From: an uncultured Chloroflexia bacterium
GTDB taxonomy: Bacteria > Chloroflexota > Anaerolineae > JAAYZQ01
NCBI GenBank assembly: GCA_963700285.1
Contig: CAVOXA010000010.1
Span: 1,024,001 to 1,088,000, forward strand
DNA: 64,000 nt
Direction of reading: 5' to 3'
In this document: in pieces, positions 60,820 to 64,000 of the stretch
Position numbering within the stretch: position 1 is the first letter of the stretch
Layout of the letters: every line of letters starts with the position of its first letter
Program-made: the position numbers and the translations under genes
The notes under the pieces: model-generated
The model's input: the letters and a program-made list of their open reading frames with translations, nothing else
Databases searched by the model: none
Told to the model about the DNA's origin: nothing

Positions 60820-61840
60820 CTATTCGGCCCATCCCCGGCCGTTGGGGTGGATGAAAGCTTTGACGTCCTGCTTGGCCCGCAGGTTGGCAAAGGCCGTCTC
60901 CCACTCGTCTAGCTCGTAGTGATTGGTGATCATCGGATCCAGGTCAAATACGCCCCGATCCAGCAGATCAATGGCGTGATCCCAGGTCTCCTGTCCGTTC
61001 CAGCTCCAACTGCCGCGGATATCGAGCTGGCCGAGGCTGATCTGATCGAGGTTGACCGTGATCTTGTTTCCCCAGAGGCTGATGAAAACGACGACGCCCT
61101 TGCCGCCGGGGCCCTCGTAGGCCTTGCGGGCGCAGTCGATGGCGTGCTGCACGCCCTCCTGGCTGGCCGAGCATTCCAGCACAAACTCGGCGCCCTTGCC
61201 TCCGGTGATCTCCATCACCGCCTTCTCAGGACCATCCTCGGAAAAGAGCACATGGTCGGCGCCACAATCCTTGCCGATCTGCAGCCTCTTCTCGTCGCTC
61301 CTGAGGCCGATCAGGAACACGCGGCGCGCGCCACAGAGCTTGGCATACAGGACACCCATGATGCCCATCGGCCCGGGGCCAACGATGACGACATCATCGC
61401 CAACCTTGACCTGGGCTCGCTCCTGGATCAGGTGATGCGTGGCAACGATAGGTTCTGCCAGGCAGGCGTGATCCAGTGATACGTGATCGGGGATGCGGTA
61501 GATCACGTGCTCGGGGACGCGCATATAGGGCGCGTAGGCGCCATCGATGGTCACGCCCAGCCATTGCCCCTGGCCACATTCGATGTCGGCGACAAACTTG
61601 TCGCCCTCCTTGACGCGGGTCACATCTTTGCCGACCTGGTAGGCCACGCCCGAGAACTCGTGTCCCAGCGTGACCGGCGCCTTGTAGAAATGCCGGTCCT
61701 CCTGGATCAGCAGGTCGCTGCCACAGACGCCGGCGGCCCAGACCTTCATCAAGACCTCGCCAGGGCCGATCTCGAGGCACCGGCACCTCGCAGAGTTCGA
61801 CGTGGCCAACTCCTTCTTTCGTCTTGCACAATGCTTTCAT
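60820..61840 (-). CDS. Zn-dependent dehydrogenase lacking the structural-Zn lobe (frameshift near 61780)
   Basis: MKALCKTKEGVGHVEL, GVCGSD, LGHEFSG, GPGPMG; resembles 51108-52145. Confidence 0.88.
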
Positions 61841-61915
61841 CGTTTACCCCTCCGACTGGATCTTGCAGGGCAGGCGCGTCCTGTCCGCCGGAAACCTGCC
61901 CGATTTTCTCGCCTT

Positions 61916-63422
61916 CTACATGCGGTGGTGGAGCACCTTCAGCGCCGGGTAGACCTCACGGTACAGCACGTACCGCTCCTCGTAGCGCGCTGCCCGCGCC
62001 GGATCGGGATCGAACCTCTGCTCCAGGTGCAGCATCTCCTCCGCTGCTTGGGCTGCGCTGGAGAAATGCCCGGCACCCATACCGGCCAGCAGGGCAGCAC
62101 CCCAACCCGCCGCCTCGGTGATGCGGGGCACAACCACCGGGATCCCGGTGATGTCCGCCTTGAGCTGGAGCCAGAGCTGGGAACGCGCGCCGCCGCCGAT
62201 GGCCCGTAACTCGTCGATGCCCACGCCGCCAGCCCTGAGCAGGTCCAGATTGAGACGCAGTTCGAAGGTCAGGCCCTCCAGGATGGCCTTGGCCAGGTCG
62301 GTCTTGCCTGTGGCAAAGGTCAGGCCCAGGATGGCCCCCTTGGAAGCGGTGTCCAAGGTGGGCGTGCCGCTGCCGGCAAAGTGGGGCAGCAGCAGGAGCG
62401 ACGTTGGCTCCGGCGAAGCACCCTGCAGGAGCAGATCGTAGGCGTCAAGACCGGCATCCTCGGCTCGCCGCATCTCTTCTTGGCCCAGCGTGTCGCGGAA
62501 CCAGCGCAGGAGCAGCCCGCCGCTGTGGTTGAGGGTCATGGACAGGAACAAGCCGGCCACTGTGTGCGCATAGACAGAGATGTTGCCCCGGTACAGGGTC
62601 TCATTGAGCGCGGGAGAGCCCAGTGCTACCTCGACGACTTCGGCGGTGCCGGTGGAGACCATGGCCAGGCCTGGCCGGACGAGCCCGACACCGAGAGCCC
62701 CACAGGCTTGGTCGTGGCCGCCGGTGACGACCAGCGGCGCCTTGGCCAGGCCCAGGTCCTGAGCCAGCGCAGGATGCATGGGGCCCACGGCCACACCTGA
62801 GGGCTTGACCGTCGCCAGACGCTGTGGATCCAGGCCAAGGGCTTGTAGGATTTCCGGCGACCAACGATCGTGCGAGGATGTCATAGAGCTGCGTACGCGA
62901 GGCCAGGCAGCGGCTGATCACGGCCTGGCCCGTCATCTTTTGGATGATAAAGTCCTCGTATAGGAGAAAGCGCGCTGCCTGCGCCCACAGGTGGGGTTCG
63001 TGCTGCCGGAGCCAGAGGAGCTTGGGCAGGGTGTTGATGGTATGGACCGGCATGCCGGTGCGCTCAAAGAGGTACTCGGCGCCAAACTTTTCGCAGAGCC
63101 AGGTGTTCTGCCCGCCGGTGCGGGTGTCCATGCCCAGGATGGCGGGGCGCAGCGCCCGGCCTTGGGCGTCGACGGGCATCACGGCCTCGCCCTGCACGGA
63201 GAGGCCCAGGGCAGCGATGTCGCGGGTTCCGGCGGCAGCAACTGCCTCGCGGATGGACTCCTGGGCCAGCCGCCATACATGCTCGGCGTCCTGTTCGGCC
63301 CAGTTGGGATGGGGGATATCGACAGCATACTCCCGGCTGGCGCTGGCCAGGAGGGTGCCCGCCTCGTCAAAGATGGAAGCTTTGCAGCCCGTTGTGCCGA
63401 TGTCTAGACCAAGGAAGTGCAT
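61916..63422 (-). CDS. FGGY-family carbohydrate kinase (xylulokinase-like; frameshift near 62878)
   Basis: [48 protein letters not shown]. Confidence 0.92.
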
Positions 63423-63495
63423 GGGTGTGTCTCCCTCGATGGAGTCGCGAAGCTGCCGACGCCCTTTTCGGATGTGAGAGCTGTTGACTGTACCA

Positions 63496-63999
63496 TCACC
63501 AGCTCTCGGGGACCCGGAAGCAGGAGGAGGGCTGCCCGGCGCAGAAGTCGTTCCACTGCCTGGCCATCTTTTGCAGGGAACGGTCTTGGCGGGAAACAAA
63601 GCCGCGCACTTTCCACGGCCCTTCGCCGGGCTGAATGGCCAGGGTCTGCTGGCAGTAGGCGTAGTAATCCTGGAATGTCCGCAATCCGATGTCGATGGCA
63701 TAACGCTGCGGTTTCCGGCTCATGGGTGAGCAAGGGTCCAGGGTATGGGCCATGTTGATCATCTTGAGCAGGTGGGGCGGATAGCTGCGCCTGATCCGCT
63801 GCGCCACATCCAACGTCTGTCGAAAGGCTTTGCCGTCTTCCCCCGGCAAGTTGAAGGAAAAATAGACATAGAGGGGCACCCGGTGCGCTTTCATCACCTC
63901 CACGACCTGAAACAGGTTCTCGTTGCTGTAGTGCTTGCCATTGAGCCGCCGCACCTGCTCCGAACCGGCGAGCAAACTCAGCGCCAATTCCGAACGACC
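63496..63999 (-). CDS. C-terminal part of a probable radical SAM (B12-binding-type) protein, 5' end outside the window
   Basis: [25 protein letters not shown] and LDPCSPM resemble the late strands of a radical SAM barrel. The CxxxCxxC motif is not visible in this window. Confidence 0.55.
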   Translation of the reverse strand, partial: GRSELALSLLAGSEQVRRLNGKHYSNENLFQVVEVMKAHRVPLYVYFSFNLPGEDGKAFRQTLDVAQRIRRSYPPHLLKMINMAHTLDPCSPMSRKPQRYAIDIGLRTFQDYYAYCQQTLAIQPGEGPWKVRGFVSRQDRSLQKMARQWNDFCAGQPSSCFRVPESW

Positions 64000-64000
64000 G

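Overview
GC-rich bacterial chromosome segment. Its gene content (GT-C/YfhO clusters, tungsten AOR, a LipB-LipA fusion, sugar islands) suggests an anaerobic Chloroflexota (Anaerolineae-like) genome; this is inference. The left ~20 kb is mixed housekeeping and envelope genes: a peptide ABC binding protein, tRNA-Leu(CAG), an FtsB-like protein, a trxB-DUF1858-Fe-ADH-AOR redox block, a GH-A-like hydrolase plus a duplicated-domain protein sharing a C-terminal helix, three GT-C glycosyltransferases, a His-rich 12-TM-like protein, recJ and an M32 carboxypeptidase. From ~20.5 kb to the right edge every gene lies on the minus strand, forming a >43 kb catabolic island with three modules. (A) 47.7-64 kb: radical SAM, FGGY kinase, class II aldolase, three TIM-barrel epimerases, three Zn dehydrogenases, SAF-domain oxidoreductase, VOC protein, cysteine hydrolase, a LarA-family nickel-pincer enzyme, IolB-like isomerase and a racemase. 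(B) 35.7-47.6 kb: LacI, sugar ABC transporter, UroD/MtaA-like protein, three sulfatases and a second LarA homologue. (C) 20.5-35.6 kb: M24-like hydrolase, Hyi-like isomerase, an acetoin-dehydrogenase-like complex (non-canonical lipoyl site, degenerate E3 NAD motif, its own LipB-LipA fusion) and sugar isomerase/oxidoreductases. Many genes carry single-base frameshifts, probably sequencing error. Two genes carry larger internal deletions. No CRISPR array, rRNA or mobile element was seen. All product calls come from motif recognition, not database searches.
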